64,000 nucleotides of DNA from Candidatus Hydrogenedentota bacterium (GCA_034669905.1 JAXMOL010000012.1:86135-150134), one strand, 5' to 3'. Positions 48,205-58,664 are shown, counted from the first letter of the stretch. The notes: generated by a model from the letters alone, not told the origin. Translations and numbers: made by a program.

Positions 48205-51200
48205 ATGAGCGATTCAAAGACATCCTTGCCCCCACAGTTGGCGGAGGCCTTGGGGAAGCTGCAACAACGTTATCAGCGTCACCGTCAGCTCCGGGCGATG
48301 TTGACCACGTTGCTTTACAGCACCATCCCGAGCGTAGTGGCCCTCGTGTTGTGGCGCCTGGATGTGCCCGCGACGCCCGGCCTGCTCTTCCTCGGTTGGT
48401 TGGCCGTCGTGCTTGCACTGACGCTCTACTTTTTCTGGCCCCTGATTCGACGCCCCCTGACCTTGCGCGACGTGGCCCACCAGGTTGACCGTTGTCACCC
48501 GGAGCTCAAAGACCGCCTGCTCAGTGCCGTGGCCTTCCAGGAAGACCGCGAATCGCCCGAGGGTTCCCCATGGATGGTGGCCTCCTTCTTTGCCGATGCG
48601 GAAGAGCAACTGGCCGCATCGCCGCTGGACCGCGTCGTCCAGCCGAAAGAAGTGCGCCGGGTGGCGTGGATGCTCGCCCTGTGCGCCTCAGTCTATCTTG
48701 TGACGGTGAGTGTGGTCTGGCTGGAGGGCGTGGTGCGACACCGTGCTGAGACACCGGGCCAGATGACACGCGCCCTGCTGCCCGCCCTGGAGGTGGAGCC
48801 GGGCGACACGACGGCCATGCCCGGCGATGAGGTCATGGTCTGGGTAACCTCCGACGATATCGACGGGGCGCGCCGCATTCATTGGGAGGGAGGCGGTGCG
48901 TCGGGGAGCGCCTTGTTGCAGACCAGTTCGACGCCGCGGGTCGCCCACCATACCTTTGATAATCTAACGGAGAGTTTTTCCTATTGGGTGACGGTTGGGA
49001 AACAGAGTTCACCCCGTTATGAAATCGTGGTCCAGACCCCACCGGCACTGGAATCCATTCAGTTGACCTATGACTACCCCGACTATCTGGGAGAGTCTGA
49101 TCGGGTGGTCCCCTTTGCCGGAGATATTACGGGCGTCGAGGGTACCCGGGTGACCCTGGTGGCACGGAGCAACAAGCCCGTCGCCAACGCCGCCCTCGTG
49201 TACGCCACGGGAAAAGGGGTTGAACTGGAGCCCTCCGAAGCGGGACAGAGCTGGTCCACCACGATCACGTTGACCGAATCAGGGCGCTACCACGTGGCCT
49301 TAAAGGATGACGCGGGGGTGGAGAATACCTATCCGGATGAGTACAGCATCGACGTTCAGCCCGATGCCGCTCCCGAAATTCAGGTGCGTCTTCCCCGGGG
49401 CGACACAGAAGTGCTGGCCCTGGAAGAAGTGGACTTCGCCTTCTCGGTAAACGATGATTTTGGTGTGGCAGACTATGGCATCGAATACACCGTTGCGGGC
49501 CGCGAGCCGGTGCGCATACCGCTCAATCCCGACGGTGCGCCGATGCGGGAAATTCTGGGTGAGCACCTGTTGGCCCTGGAAGAGACGGGCGTGGCCGTGG
49601 GCGATCTGATTACCTGGGCAATTTGGGCGGATGACCGGAAGCCGGGACGCCTGCCCTATGAGACCTTGAGTGATCCCTACTTCCTGGAGGTGCGCCCCTA
49701 CGCGCGGCGCTTTCGGGAGCAGGTATCCCAGGGGGGAGAGGGTCAGGCAGGTCCCAGCAATGAGCAGCGCCAGGTCATTATCGCCCTCTGGAATCTCCGC
49801 AAGGCTGCGCCGGACCTGACGCAGGAAGACTTCGAAGAGCAGGCCGATGCCATACGCACGGCCCAACAGGAACTCCGGGAGCAACTCCTGGCCAAGCCGG
49901 GGGGCGAGGAGGCGGAGGCCCTGATCGTACAAGAGGCCGTGACTGCCATGGAGGCCGTGGAAGCCCACCTGGCGGCCGTCGATTGGTCCGAGCCGGAGAA
50001 GTCCCTGTCGGCAGCCATGGAGCAGGCCCAGTTGGCCTTCCACCATATGCTTCGTCTGGAACCGGAGGAGCGCCAGATTGCGCGCACGGAAGGCGGCCAG
50101 GGAGGCGGTGGCAGTACCGCAAAAGAAATTGAATCCCTCGAGATGAGCAAGCGGAAGGACTACCAGGAAGAGGCGCGCACGGGCGAGGCTTCGGTAGAAG
50201 AGCAGGAAGCCTTGCGCAATCGCCTGGAAGAGCTGGCCCGTCGGCAGGAAGTGCTCAACGAAGATATGGCCAAAACCCTGGCCGAAGAAGAAGCCTTATC
50301 GGAGGCGGAGAAAAAGCGTCGTCTTGAGCGCCTGGAAAAAGAGCAGCAACGTCAGTTGGATGCCCTGGACGAAGTGGCCAACGACGTGGCGGCCAGTCGT
50401 ATGGAAAGTGCCCAGCGGGACAGCGCCCGGCAGCAGTTGGAGGAAGCCCGAAAGGGGATGGAGACCAGCCTGGAATCGGTCAAGCAGGAGGCCCTCCAGC
50501 AGGCCCGGACCGCCGGGGAACGGGCCGAAGAGGCCCTCGACGCCACCGAAGATACCGTCGCCCAGTTGACCCGCGAAGGGGCCCGTGCCCGCTTTGATGA
50601 ACTCCAGGAGGAAATGGCGTCATTGCGAGAAGGGCACGAAGCACTGCAGGCCGAACGGGACGCACTCCGCGAGGCCCAGACGACGCCGGGAATCTCCGAT
50701 GCGGAAGCGGCCAATGGCCAGCTGGAACAGTACCAGCGGGACAAGGTCGCCCTGGCGGAGGAGACCCGCGACCTACTGGAAGAAGCGGGCACCTTGTCCG
50801 ACCAGGTGCGCAAGGAGCAAAACTACGTGTCCCGAAAACTGGGGGACTGGGTGCGAAAGACCGAGCGTACCGGTGTCGTGGAAGAGATGGTGGAGAGTCC
50901 CCGCTTTGCCGAAATGGGTATGTGGGACGCCCTCGGGATGAAAGATGCGCAGATAGAAGAAAAACTGACAGAGGCGGAGGAGGGACTGAAAGCCCTGGCG
51001 GGCGAATGGACCTCGGAACCCGGTGATGCCATGTCGCGCGCCCTGGAACGTCTCGCCGCCTTGGAAGAAGGGTTAGCCGGGGGAGCGGAAGCGTCGCAGG
51101 AAAATGCCGAGACGGGTGACGGGGCGGGATCACCTTCGCCATCGGAAGAGCCCGGAGACGGGGACGAACCGGGAACACGTCCTGGAGAAGGCACACCCGG

Positions 51201-51822
51201 CACGGAGCCCGCACCCGACGGCGCAGCAGGCCCGTCTCCTTCTCCGGAAGGGACGCCGGGTGGCGCACAACCGGGCGCGACACCGTCGCCCTCATCCGGG
51301 CAGCCGGGGGGTGAATCGCCCGGGCAGACCGCGCAGGATTCCAGCACTGCTTCGGGAGAATCCCCGGGACAAGCAGGGCAACAGCCCGGCAACACCCCGC
51401 AGGGTTCCGCATCGGGTGGCAGCTCCGGGGGAGATCCCCAGGGAAGCACGGGGGGACGTGGTATATCTGATGGTGATGTGCGGCGGGTCTTCGAGGGCGG
51501 CGACTGGCGCGGTGAATTGGCCGATGCCATTGCCCTCCTTCCCCGCGATTCGGACGCCCGGCCCGCGCTGGAACAAATGGGTATGGATCTCGGCCGATTT
51601 CAGCGGGAGTACAACACGAATCAGGAACTTCCCGATGTTTCGGAATTTCAACAGGTCGTGCAACGCCCCTTGCGTGCCGCCATCGAGACGCTGGAGCGGG
51701 AAGTGGTCCACGCGGAAGACGGCGATTCCCGCCTCGAAGACGAAGGGGCCATCCCCGAGCAGTATGTGGACCGCGTATCCGAATACTTCCGTCTCCTGGC
51801 CGAAAGCGCGGAGGTGCCATAG
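48205..51822 (+). CDS. Large membrane protein (DUF4175-like): TM helices, Ig-like domains and long coiled coil
   Basis: Three TM helices; L.DRLLSA, YDYPDY, D.APEI and DDFGV motifs; E/Q/A/R-rich heptads; G/S/P/Q linker; C-terminal IPEQY...VSEYF. Confidence 0.8.
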   Translation: MSDSKTSLPPQLAEALGKLQQRYQRHRQLRAMLTTLLYSTIPSVVALVLWRLDVPATPGLLFLGWLAVVLALTLYFFWPLIRRPLTLRDVAHQVDRCHPELKDRLLSAVAFQEDRESPEGSPWMVASFFADAEEQLAASPLDRVVQPKEVRRVAWMLALCASVYLVTVSVVWLEGVVRHRAETPGQMTRALLPALEVEPGDTTAMPGDEVMVWVTSDDIDGARRIHWEGGGASGSALLQTSSTPRVAHHTFDNLTESFSYWVTVGKQSSPRYEIVVQTPPALESIQLTYDYPDYLGESDRVVPFAGDITGVEGTRVTLVARSNKPVANAALVYATGKGVELEPSEAGQSWSTTITLTESGRYHVALKDDAGVENTYPDEYSIDVQPDAAPEIQVRLPRGDTEVLALEEVDFAFSVNDDFGVADYGIEYTVAGREPVRIPLNPDGAPMREILGEHLLALEETGVAVGDLITWAIWADDRKPGRLPYETLSDPYFLEVRPYARRFREQVSQGGEGQAGPSNEQRQVIIALWNLRKAAPDLTQEDFEEQADAIRTAQQELREQLLAKPGGEEAEALIVQEAVTAMEAVEAHLAAVDWSEPEKSLSAAMEQAQLAFHHMLRLEPEERQIARTEGGQGGGGSTAKEIESLEMSKRKDYQEEARTGEASVEEQEALRNRLEELARRQEVLNEDMAKTLAEEEALSEAEKKRRLERLEKEQQRQLDALDEVANDVAASRMESAQRDSARQQLEEARKGMETSLESVKQEALQQARTAGERAEEALDATEDTVAQLTREGARARFDELQEEMASLREGHEALQAERDALREAQTTPGISDAEAANGQLEQYQRDKVALAEETRDLLEEAGTLSDQVRKEQNYVSRKLGDWVRKTERTGVVEEMVESPRFAEMGMWDALGMKDAQIEEKLTEAEEGLKALAGEWTSEPGDAMSRALERLAALEEGLAGGAEASQENAETGDGAGSPSPSEEPGDGDEPGTRPGEGTPGTEPAPDGAAGPSPSPEGTPGGAQPGATPSPSSGQPGGESPGQTAQDSSTASGESPGQAGQQPGNTPQGSASGGSSGGDPQGSTGGRGISDGDVRRVFEGGDWRGELADAIALLPRDSDARPALEQMGMDLGRFQREYNTNQELPDVSEFQQVVQRPLRAAIETLEREVVHAEDGDSRLEDEGAIPEQYVDRVSEYFRLLAESAEVP

Positions 51823-54192
51823 GTGGGGGATACCGTGGTAGATGCAAAGATAGTTCAGGCGCGCTGGCTCGAGTGGGGGGGCGACCTCGGTCCCTTTTGG
51901 GGCGCGGTCCTCTTGCTCGTCGTAGTGGCCGGCGGTGCCGCGGTGCTCTGGCGCTTCAGTCCATCGCGGGCGCCCCGCCGCCGCGCACTCCTCGTCGGGC
52001 TCCGCGTGGTGATGCTTGCCGTGCTGGTGGCCTTGCTCTTACGGCCCATACTCGTCCAATCTGTTTCGGTCAAATCCAACGCAGTCGTGGCGGTTTTATA
52101 CGATGACAGCGAAAGCATGACCATAGGAGATGCCGACGGCGTTTCGCGGGCCGACAGGATGCAGGCCGCGCTGGAGCAGGACACCCGTGCCTTTGATCAG
52201 GCATTGCAGGCCCGGTATCACCAGGAAGACTTCCGCTTTGGTGCGGGCGTGCGCCCCCTGAAAACGCGGGAAGGATTGCGCTTTGAGGAGCGACTGAGCG
52301 CGCCAACCGATGCGGTGCTCGCGACCACCCGCGAATTCGCCCCTTCCCAGCTGGCCGCCGTGGTCCTGCTCAGCGACGGGGTGCGCTCCGCCGATGAAGA
52401 GCCGGACTGGGCCGCGTTGCGGGATGCGGGTGTCCCGATCTACACCGTGGGGGTGGGCGAAGCAGCCTGGCGCGACCTGGCGCTCAATGAAGTTTCGCTG
52501 AGCCGAAGTTTCCTGGACGAAGCACCAATCGTCGTGGGTGCCCAGGTGGACGCTACCGGCTACGCCGACGAAGGGGTGGTGGTCGAGGTATTGCGCGGTG
52601 GAAGTGTAGTGGCTTCCGAGACCCGTAAGGTCCCCGACGAGGACGCGTCCCTGCAGTTTCGACTGGAAGTGCCCCTCGAGCAGCGGGACTGGTATGCCCT
52701 CGACGTACAGGTGCGTCTTGAATCGGGCAGTGATGCGCGGCCAGAATTTGTCGCAGATAACAATGCGCAGCGCCTGCTCTATGACCATCGGGAAAAAAGC
52801 TTCCGGGTGCTCTATTTCGCGGGCCGGCCCAACTGGCAGCATAAGTTCATGATTCGCGCATTGGAAGCCGACCCCGAGGTCCAGCTGTCCAGTCTCGTTC
52901 GCATTTCGGGCGCGGAGAAGACCTTTGTCTTTCGCGGGCGGGACAGCTCGCTGGGCAATCCGTTGTTTGATGGCTTTGAAGAAGAGCGCGACCTGCCCCG
53001 CTACGATGAGGCGGTTTTCATGCGTCTGGGACTGGAGCCGGAAGAGCTTGCGGGCGGCTATCCATCCCGGGCCGAAGAACTCTACCCCTTTCACCTCATC
53101 ATCTGGGGGAACATCGAACCCGAGTTTTTCGCCACCCCCCAACTGCTGTTAACACGCGACGCCGTATCGGAGCGGGGGGCCGCTTTCCTCTTGTTGGGTG
53201 GTCCGGGCAATAGTGCCGATGACCTGGCGGAGACGGTACTGGCTCCCCTTGTGCCCACCTTGCCCCGATACCACGATGGCAGTTCGGACGACTGGCCCGG
53301 CGAGATAGCACCCACCCCGGAGGCTTTTCTCACCGGAGTCTGGGCCCTCCACGGAGACACGACCGCCCATGAGCGCCTTTGGGAGGAATTGCCGCCCCTG
53401 CCGGATGTCCAGGCCACCGGGCCGGCCCGCATCGGCGCGACTGTACTTGCCCGTGCCGAAGGGCAGGGCGAAGGTACGGGGGACAAAGCGCCGCCCTTCT
53501 TCTTGTGGCAACGCTATGGGGCAGGAAGAGGCGCGCTCATTGCCACCGGAGAGACGTGGCCCTGGCATCTGCAAACCGAGGCGTCCAATGATGCCCATGA
53601 ACGACTCTGGCGACAAACCGTGCGTGCCCTCGTGCGCGATGTGCCCGAGCCCATCGTCATGACCCGCGGCAAAGGAGCGGCGTTGGTCGGGGTGGACACG
53701 GAAACGGTGTGGACCGTGCGGGACGCGGAGTTCCAGCCGGTGGTGGGGGCCCGACTTGAAGTTTTGTTTACCGACCCCACGGGTGAGACCGAGTCGGTCC
53801 CCCTCTTAGAGGTGCTCACATCGCCCGGGCGTTATCGTGCCGCGACCACGCCGGTCCGCGAAGGCCTTCATCGCGCCCGCCTGGTGGGCGAAACACGGGA
53901 GGGGGAACCTGTCCCCGAGACGGAGTCGGCCTTCCTGGTCGAACGAGATCGGCGCGAGTGGCGTCGTCCTCAGTTTGACGAGGCCCATCTGCGGCAAATT
54001 GCGGCGGAAACAGGCGGACGCTATTTTCCCCTGGAAGACCTCCAGGACCTGCCGGAGGCCCTGGCCGCCAACGATGCCCGGGAGCAAAAACAGGAGCGGA
54101 CCCCTTTGTGGCACCTGCCGTGGTTTTATGGCGTACTGCTGCTGTTGATGCTTTCCGAGTGGACCCTCCGCAGACGGGCGGGCCAGCCATGA
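51823..54192 (+). CDS. Membrane protein with VWA and glutamine-amidotransferase-like domains
   Basis: Two TM helices; MIDAS DDSESM, LLSDG, DNN, LLLGG, YGAGR, TWPW and L..IA..TGG.Y motifs; C-terminal EW.LRRR.G. Confidence 0.85.
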   Translation: MGDTVVDAKIVQARWLEWGGDLGPFWGAVLLLVVVAGGAAVLWRFSPSRAPRRRALLVGLRVVMLAVLVALLLRPILVQSVSVKSNAVVAVLYDDSESMTIGDADGVSRADRMQAALEQDTRAFDQALQARYHQEDFRFGAGVRPLKTREGLRFEERLSAPTDAVLATTREFAPSQLAAVVLLSDGVRSADEEPDWAALRDAGVPIYTVGVGEAAWRDLALNEVSLSRSFLDEAPIVVGAQVDATGYADEGVVVEVLRGGSVVASETRKVPDEDASLQFRLEVPLEQRDWYALDVQVRLESGSDARPEFVADNNAQRLLYDHREKSFRVLYFAGRPNWQHKFMIRALEADPEVQLSSLVRISGAEKTFVFRGRDSSLGNPLFDGFEEERDLPRYDEAVFMRLGLEPEELAGGYPSRAEELYPFHLIIWGNIEPEFFATPQLLLTRDAVSERGAAFLLLGGPGNSADDLAETVLAPLVPTLPRYHDGSSDDWPGEIAPTPEAFLTGVWALHGDTTAHERLWEELPPLPDVQATGPARIGATVLARAEGQGEGTGDKAPPFFLWQRYGAGRGALIATGETWPWHLQTEASNDAHERLWRQTVRALVRDVPEPIVMTRGKGAALVGVDTETVWTVRDAEFQPVVGARLEVLFTDPTGETESVPLLEVLTSPGRYRAATTPVREGLHRARLVGETREGEPVPETESAFLVERDRREWRRPQFDEAHLRQIAAETGGRYFPLEDLQDLPEALAANDAREQKQERTPLWHLPWFYGVLLLLMLSEWTLRRRAGQP

Positions 54193-55139
54193 GAAAAGGA
54201 CTGATTTGCTTCCTGTGCCTCGTCTTCGTCGTGTTACCGCTCGGCCCTGCATTCGCGGCAACGGAAGTGGTCATCTTCGTCGGCTCTCCCGGTGAGGATG
54301 TCTTCACGGCGCGCTTCTTCGGATGGGCACATCGGCTGGAGGAAGCACTCACCCAGGGTTTTGGCCTGGAGGCCGATGGGATTCACCGCTACCCGGCCCT
54401 GCCGACCGACCCGCCGCTGACGCGGGTGCAGGTCGAAGAGGCGCTGGAAACCTTGGGCAACGATTTGAGCACCGAGGACCAGCTCATGGTGGTGTTGATT
54501 GGACACGGCAGCGAGGCGGGCAGCCCCCGCTTCATCCTCGAAGGCCCTGATCTGGACGGGGCATCTCTGGCGACCTGGCTGGATGCCCTTCCTGCCACCG
54601 AGCAACTGGTCCTACAGACGGCCTCGGGCAGCGGGGCTTTTGTGGGACCCCTTGGTGGGCCCAATCGTGTCGTGTGTGCCAGCACGGAACCTGGCGCGGG
54701 AAAGAATGCCCCGGAATTTATGGAGTATCTCGTGGCGGCCCTGGAAGAAGGGCGGGGCGATGCGGACCGAAACGGACGGCTCTCCTGGGGAGAGTGGCTC
54801 AACGTGGCCGCGTCCGACACGGCGGCGTGGTATGAAAGCGAAGGATACATCCAGTCGGAGCATGCCATCCTGGACGACACGGGGGATGGGCAGGGCGTGC
54901 GATTGCCGGTGACGCTGGCCGAAGCAGACCAAGACGGGGCGCGGGCGAGTCAGCGTTATATCGCGGAATTGCCCCAAATAGATGCTGCCCGGCAGGCGGC
55001 CTACGAAGCGGCCCTGGAATCCGTCGCGGCCTGGCGTGCGCAAAAGGAGCGCATGGAGCCTGCGGCCTATTGGACGGAGCTGGAACGCCTACTGCTGGAA
55101 GTGGCCCGAAACTACCCGGCGACGGCGGTCTCGCCGTGA
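54189..55139 (+). CDS. Exported hypothetical protein, possible caspase/C13-like fold
   Basis: ATGA overlap and signal peptide; VVLIGHGS, TASGSGAF, DADRNGRLS..E and EHAILDDTGDGQG motifs. Confidence 0.65.
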   Translation: MRKGLICFLCLVFVVLPLGPAFAATEVVIFVGSPGEDVFTARFFGWAHRLEEALTQGFGLEADGIHRYPALPTDPPLTRVQVEEALETLGNDLSTEDQLMVVLIGHGSEAGSPRFILEGPDLDGASLATWLDALPATEQLVLQTASGSGAFVGPLGGPNRVVCASTEPGAGKNAPEFMEYLVAALEEGRGDADRNGRLSWGEWLNVAASDTAAWYESEGYIQSEHAILDDTGDGQGVRLPVTLAEADQDGARASQRYIAELPQIDAARQAAYEAALESVAAWRAQKERMEPAAYWTELERLLLEVARNYPATAVSP

Positions 55140-55145
55140 GTCCCT

Positions 55146-55174
55146 TGGACTTGTGCGCGCGATCCTTTTATAAT
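55146..55174 (+). promoter_or_regulatory. Putative promoter of the PLD gene (near-leaderless transcript)
   Basis: TGGACT-17 nt-TATAAT ending 8 nt before the ATG; no Shine-Dalgarno. Confidence 0.55.
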
Positions 55175-55182
55175 CGACCCCT

Positions 55183-56892
55183 ATGAAATACCTCTCCTCC
55201 AACCTGATTCGCGGACTCCTGAGTCTCTTCTTCCTCGTCGTTGCGTCCCTTTCCGGCGCATCCGATGCCTCGCCCCTGATGGCCTATTCGTGGAAAATGC
55301 AGGACAACGAACCCCTGCTGGCCTTTCCCACGGCCGGTAATCAACTGACGCTGATCAATGATGGGTACGATGCCTTTCTCCTGCGCGTCCACCTCATTCG
55401 AAACGCCGAATTCAGCATTGATATCCAGACCTTTATCCTGGCCAACGACGAATGTGGCCAGTATCTGATGAACGAATTGCTGATCGCCGCGCGGCGGGGG
55501 GTCAAGGTGCGTCTTCTGACCGACCACTTCATGTCTTCCCGGGACCCGGATTGGGCGGCCTATCTGGCGACGGCCCACCCCAATTTCGAGTTGAAGTACT
55601 ACCGCCCTCCGACCGGGCAGGTGAATCCTTCCAAGGTGACCCTGCTGCTCCACAGCGTACTGTTTTTTCAACAGACCAACCAGCGCATGCACAACAAAGT
55701 GATGATTGTAGACGATGCCATCGCCCTGACCGGCGGGCGCAATATCGACAATCACTACTACAACAACAGTCTGACCTATAACTTTGTCGACTTGGATGCC
55801 CTCGTCCTCGGTCCAATCGTGCCCCTGATGCAGGCTTCATTCGATGAGTTCTGGCGCTACCGCCGCTCCATCTCGGCGGAAGAACTGGGTGATGTCTTGT
55901 CGGTCATCCGAAAGGACGAGGATCTCAGCCGGGAGATGGCCGTGCCCGACACCGATTTCTTCGCGCGCCTCTCTCGGGATGCCGATGACGCCGCGGTGAT
56001 CCAGTCCCGTTTCGTCGATACCTTGAGCCCCGTGCGACGTCTTCGTTTTCTGGCGGATAAACCGGGGAAGAATCGTTGGATCGGCTTCTGGGGCGGGGGC
56101 AAGGCCACACGTCAATTGAGGAAGACAATTCAGCGTGCCGAGGAGGAGCTCATGATGCAGAGCCCCTATCTGATCCTCAACCGCTTAGCCCGGTTTCAGT
56201 TTGGGAAAATGCGGCGGCAGCACCCGGACATGGATATCGTGGTTTCGACCAACAGTTTCGCCGCGACCGATAATACCCTCGCGTACTCGGCCAACTACAA
56301 GCTGCGGACCGCCTACATCCAGATGATCGGGATGGATATCTACGAGTACATGCCCTATCCCGCCGAGCTTCCAGCCTACCTTCCCAACCACGATGAATTG
56401 GTCAAAGCCGCGGAAGCCGAATCCCTGGACCGGGAACCGTTCCTGTGTATTCATGCCAAGGCCTTTGTGGTCGACAACGAGATTGGTTACGTGGGGTCGT
56501 ACAACATCGACCCCCGATCGGACAACCTCAACACCGAGATGGGCCTCCTCATAGAGGACCCCTCGGTTGTAGCGCACCTGCGCGAGATTATCGTGGGGCG
56601 GACCCGTCCGGAGAACAGTTGGGTCATTGCAGAGAAAAAGCTGGTTCTTTCGGAGGTGAACTTTCTGGTAGAAGCGCTGTTTTCGATTAGTCCCGTGGAC
56701 CTCTGGCCCATACGAAACACCAGCAGTTTTGAATTGTTGCCCGGAAAAACGCCGTTGCCCCGGGAGCATCCCGATTTCTACGAACACTATAAGGATGTGG
56801 GTAGTTTCCCCGGGGCGGACCCGGGCTCGGTGAAGCAATTGACCACGAGCCTCTATAAGGTGTTCAACACCTTGGCGATTCCCGTACTCTAG
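55183..56892 (+). CDS. Phospholipase D family protein (ClsC/YmdC-like)
   Basis: Two HKD motifs (RMHNKVMIVD..GGRNI and IHAKAFVVD..GSYNIDPRS..LNTEMG); AARRGVKVRLL and TNSFAATD; signal peptide. Confidence 0.92.
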   Translation: MKYLSSNLIRGLLSLFFLVVASLSGASDASPLMAYSWKMQDNEPLLAFPTAGNQLTLINDGYDAFLLRVHLIRNAEFSIDIQTFILANDECGQYLMNELLIAARRGVKVRLLTDHFMSSRDPDWAAYLATAHPNFELKYYRPPTGQVNPSKVTLLLHSVLFFQQTNQRMHNKVMIVDDAIALTGGRNIDNHYYNNSLTYNFVDLDALVLGPIVPLMQASFDEFWRYRRSISAEELGDVLSVIRKDEDLSREMAVPDTDFFARLSRDADDAAVIQSRFVDTLSPVRRLRFLADKPGKNRWIGFWGGGKATRQLRKTIQRAEEELMMQSPYLILNRLARFQFGKMRRQHPDMDIVVSTNSFAATDNTLAYSANYKLRTAYIQMIGMDIYEYMPYPAELPAYLPNHDELVKAAEAESLDREPFLCIHAKAFVVDNEIGYVGSYNIDPRSDNLNTEMGLLIEDPSVVAHLREIIVGRTRPENSWVIAEKKLVLSEVNFLVEALFSISPVDLWPIRNTSSFELLPGKTPLPREHPDFYEHYKDVGSFPGADPGSVKQLTTSLYKVFNTLAIPVL

Positions 56893-56953
56893 TCTGGGCG
56901 GGTGGTGCGTGGAATGTTGGGGGCAGAATTCAATGGGTAGGGATGGTCTGGGA

Positions 56954-58192
56954 ATGACGAGGTTGAACGAACTGCGAAGCACCCTGGTGTGCTGGCTCAT
57001 TGTGGCGTGGACCATGGCGGTTACCCTTTCTCGCGCGATACGCCTGCCCAACGACTTCGCAGAAGCCCACTGGTTGCTCGACTATCGGTTCGGCTTTATC
57101 AAGCGCGGCCTGATTGGCACCCTCTGCACGAAATTCACGGACCTGTTCGGGATGGCCATGTCGCCTTCCCTCATTGTCGCGGCCGCCGTGGCCTCCTTCG
57201 CTCTTTTTTATGGCCTGTTGCTTTGGATCGCGTGGCGTATCCTGCGCTGGCGGGAGGGGGAGCGCAGCGCGCCGCTGGTCCTGTTGGTCTTTGCCACGTC
57301 CCCCTTTCTGGTGATGAATGCCCACCTCTTTGGCTACCTGGATGCCATCATTTATTCCCTGGGTATTATCGTTGTGGGCCTTGCGCTTCGGGGATGGTAC
57401 TGGGTGGCAGCCCTGATCTCGGTGGTGGCGATTTTATGCCACGAGAGTTTCCTGCTCGTTGGGTTTCCACTGCTGTGTCTGGCGGTTGTTGCCCGGGCGT
57501 ATTCGACCGAGGGCGGGTCTTTTCCGTACCGGAAACTGTTGCCCCTGTGCCTGCCGGTGCTCGCCTTCCTGGTCATTGCCGTGGTCCAGTCGCGCACCGT
57601 AGACCAGTTGGTGTTGCGGGAACAACTGACCGCCTATCTTTCCAGCTACGATTTTATCCCCACCCGGAGCGCCAGTGTCGCACGGTGGCACACCATCGGC
57701 TTCTTGGAATATTTTCAAAAGCAGCGCATCTATCTGGTGCGTCGCCTGCTCGAGCCCGAACTGCTCGCGACGCTGGGGCCGTCACTCATGGCGTTGCTCT
57801 ACTTCAGTCATCGCGCCTTCCGTCTGCGCCCCTTCGTCGGGTTGTCCTGGTTGTTGTTGGGGGCCGTGCTGGCACCCCTGGCCATGCACGCCATCGCATG
57901 GGACACGGCACGCATTTCGAGCTATGTGCTCGGAGGTGCCTTTGTGGCCGCGTGGATTGCCTTTGAGCTTCGTCCAGAGATCACCATGGAAACCCTCCCC
58001 CTCCTCACGGCGCCCGCAGTCGTGCTGAATTTCTTTGCACGTTATCCTCTCATGGATGGGGAAGTGGAGCGCTACACCCACGGCACCCGGCTCTTCCTTT
58101 ACGCACCCACGCTGATACTGCTGATATGGCTCGTTCGACGGCAGCAGGTTGGTGCGGCACAGCCGAGTGGTCGGTCTATGGAATGCCTGTGA
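56954..58192 (+). CDS. Polytopic membrane protein of unknown function (possibly GT-C-like)
   Basis: About 10 TM helices; WLLDYRFGFIKRGLIG, GYLD, HE and AWDTAR motifs. Confidence 0.6.
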   Translation: MTRLNELRSTLVCWLIVAWTMAVTLSRAIRLPNDFAEAHWLLDYRFGFIKRGLIGTLCTKFTDLFGMAMSPSLIVAAAVASFALFYGLLLWIAWRILRWREGERSAPLVLLVFATSPFLVMNAHLFGYLDAIIYSLGIIVVGLALRGWYWVAALISVVAILCHESFLLVGFPLLCLAVVARAYSTEGGSFPYRKLLPLCLPVLAFLVIAVVQSRTVDQLVLREQLTAYLSSYDFIPTRSASVARWHTIGFLEYFQKQRIYLVRRLLEPELLATLGPSLMALLYFSHRAFRLRPFVGLSWLLLGAVLAPLAMHAIAWDTARISSYVLGGAFVAAWIAFELRPEITMETLPLLTAPAVVLNFFARYPLMDGEVERYTHGTRLFLYAPTLILLIWLVRRQQVGAAQPSGRSMECL

Positions 58193-58664
58193 GATGGGCA
58201 GTCGTGTGCCGCGTTGGAAAAATGAACTGCCATGGCGGCAGGCAGCAGTGACAGCCTGTCGCCGCCGGGCTGGCATCTTGCCGTAAGACCTGTTCACGGG
58301 GGATGGGTCCTTCGTCGCGATGCCCATCGTCGCGTCTGTGTCCACCCTCCGGGGTTTATTCCCGCTGGGCAATCTACCGCGTCGGCCCCAGACGCCAACT
58401 ACAATTCACCGTGCAATGCCTTCTCGGTGCAGTCATCCCATCGGCGGTGTTTTCTTCCTTCCAGTCAGGCGTTGCCCAAGGGGGCGTCGCAGGGAGAGTG
58501 TGTTTCCTGGTGGACTGGGTGGGGGTATATACCGCATGAAGTGACAGGAATTAGCGTATCAGATATTCCGTAAATCCAGGGTGTTCTTCGGGTGTCCGGG
58601 TGGGTGGGGTGGTTTTAAGTCGCTAGTATAAAAGGAGTTGTCGTGGAATGAGATGGGCTCCCGG

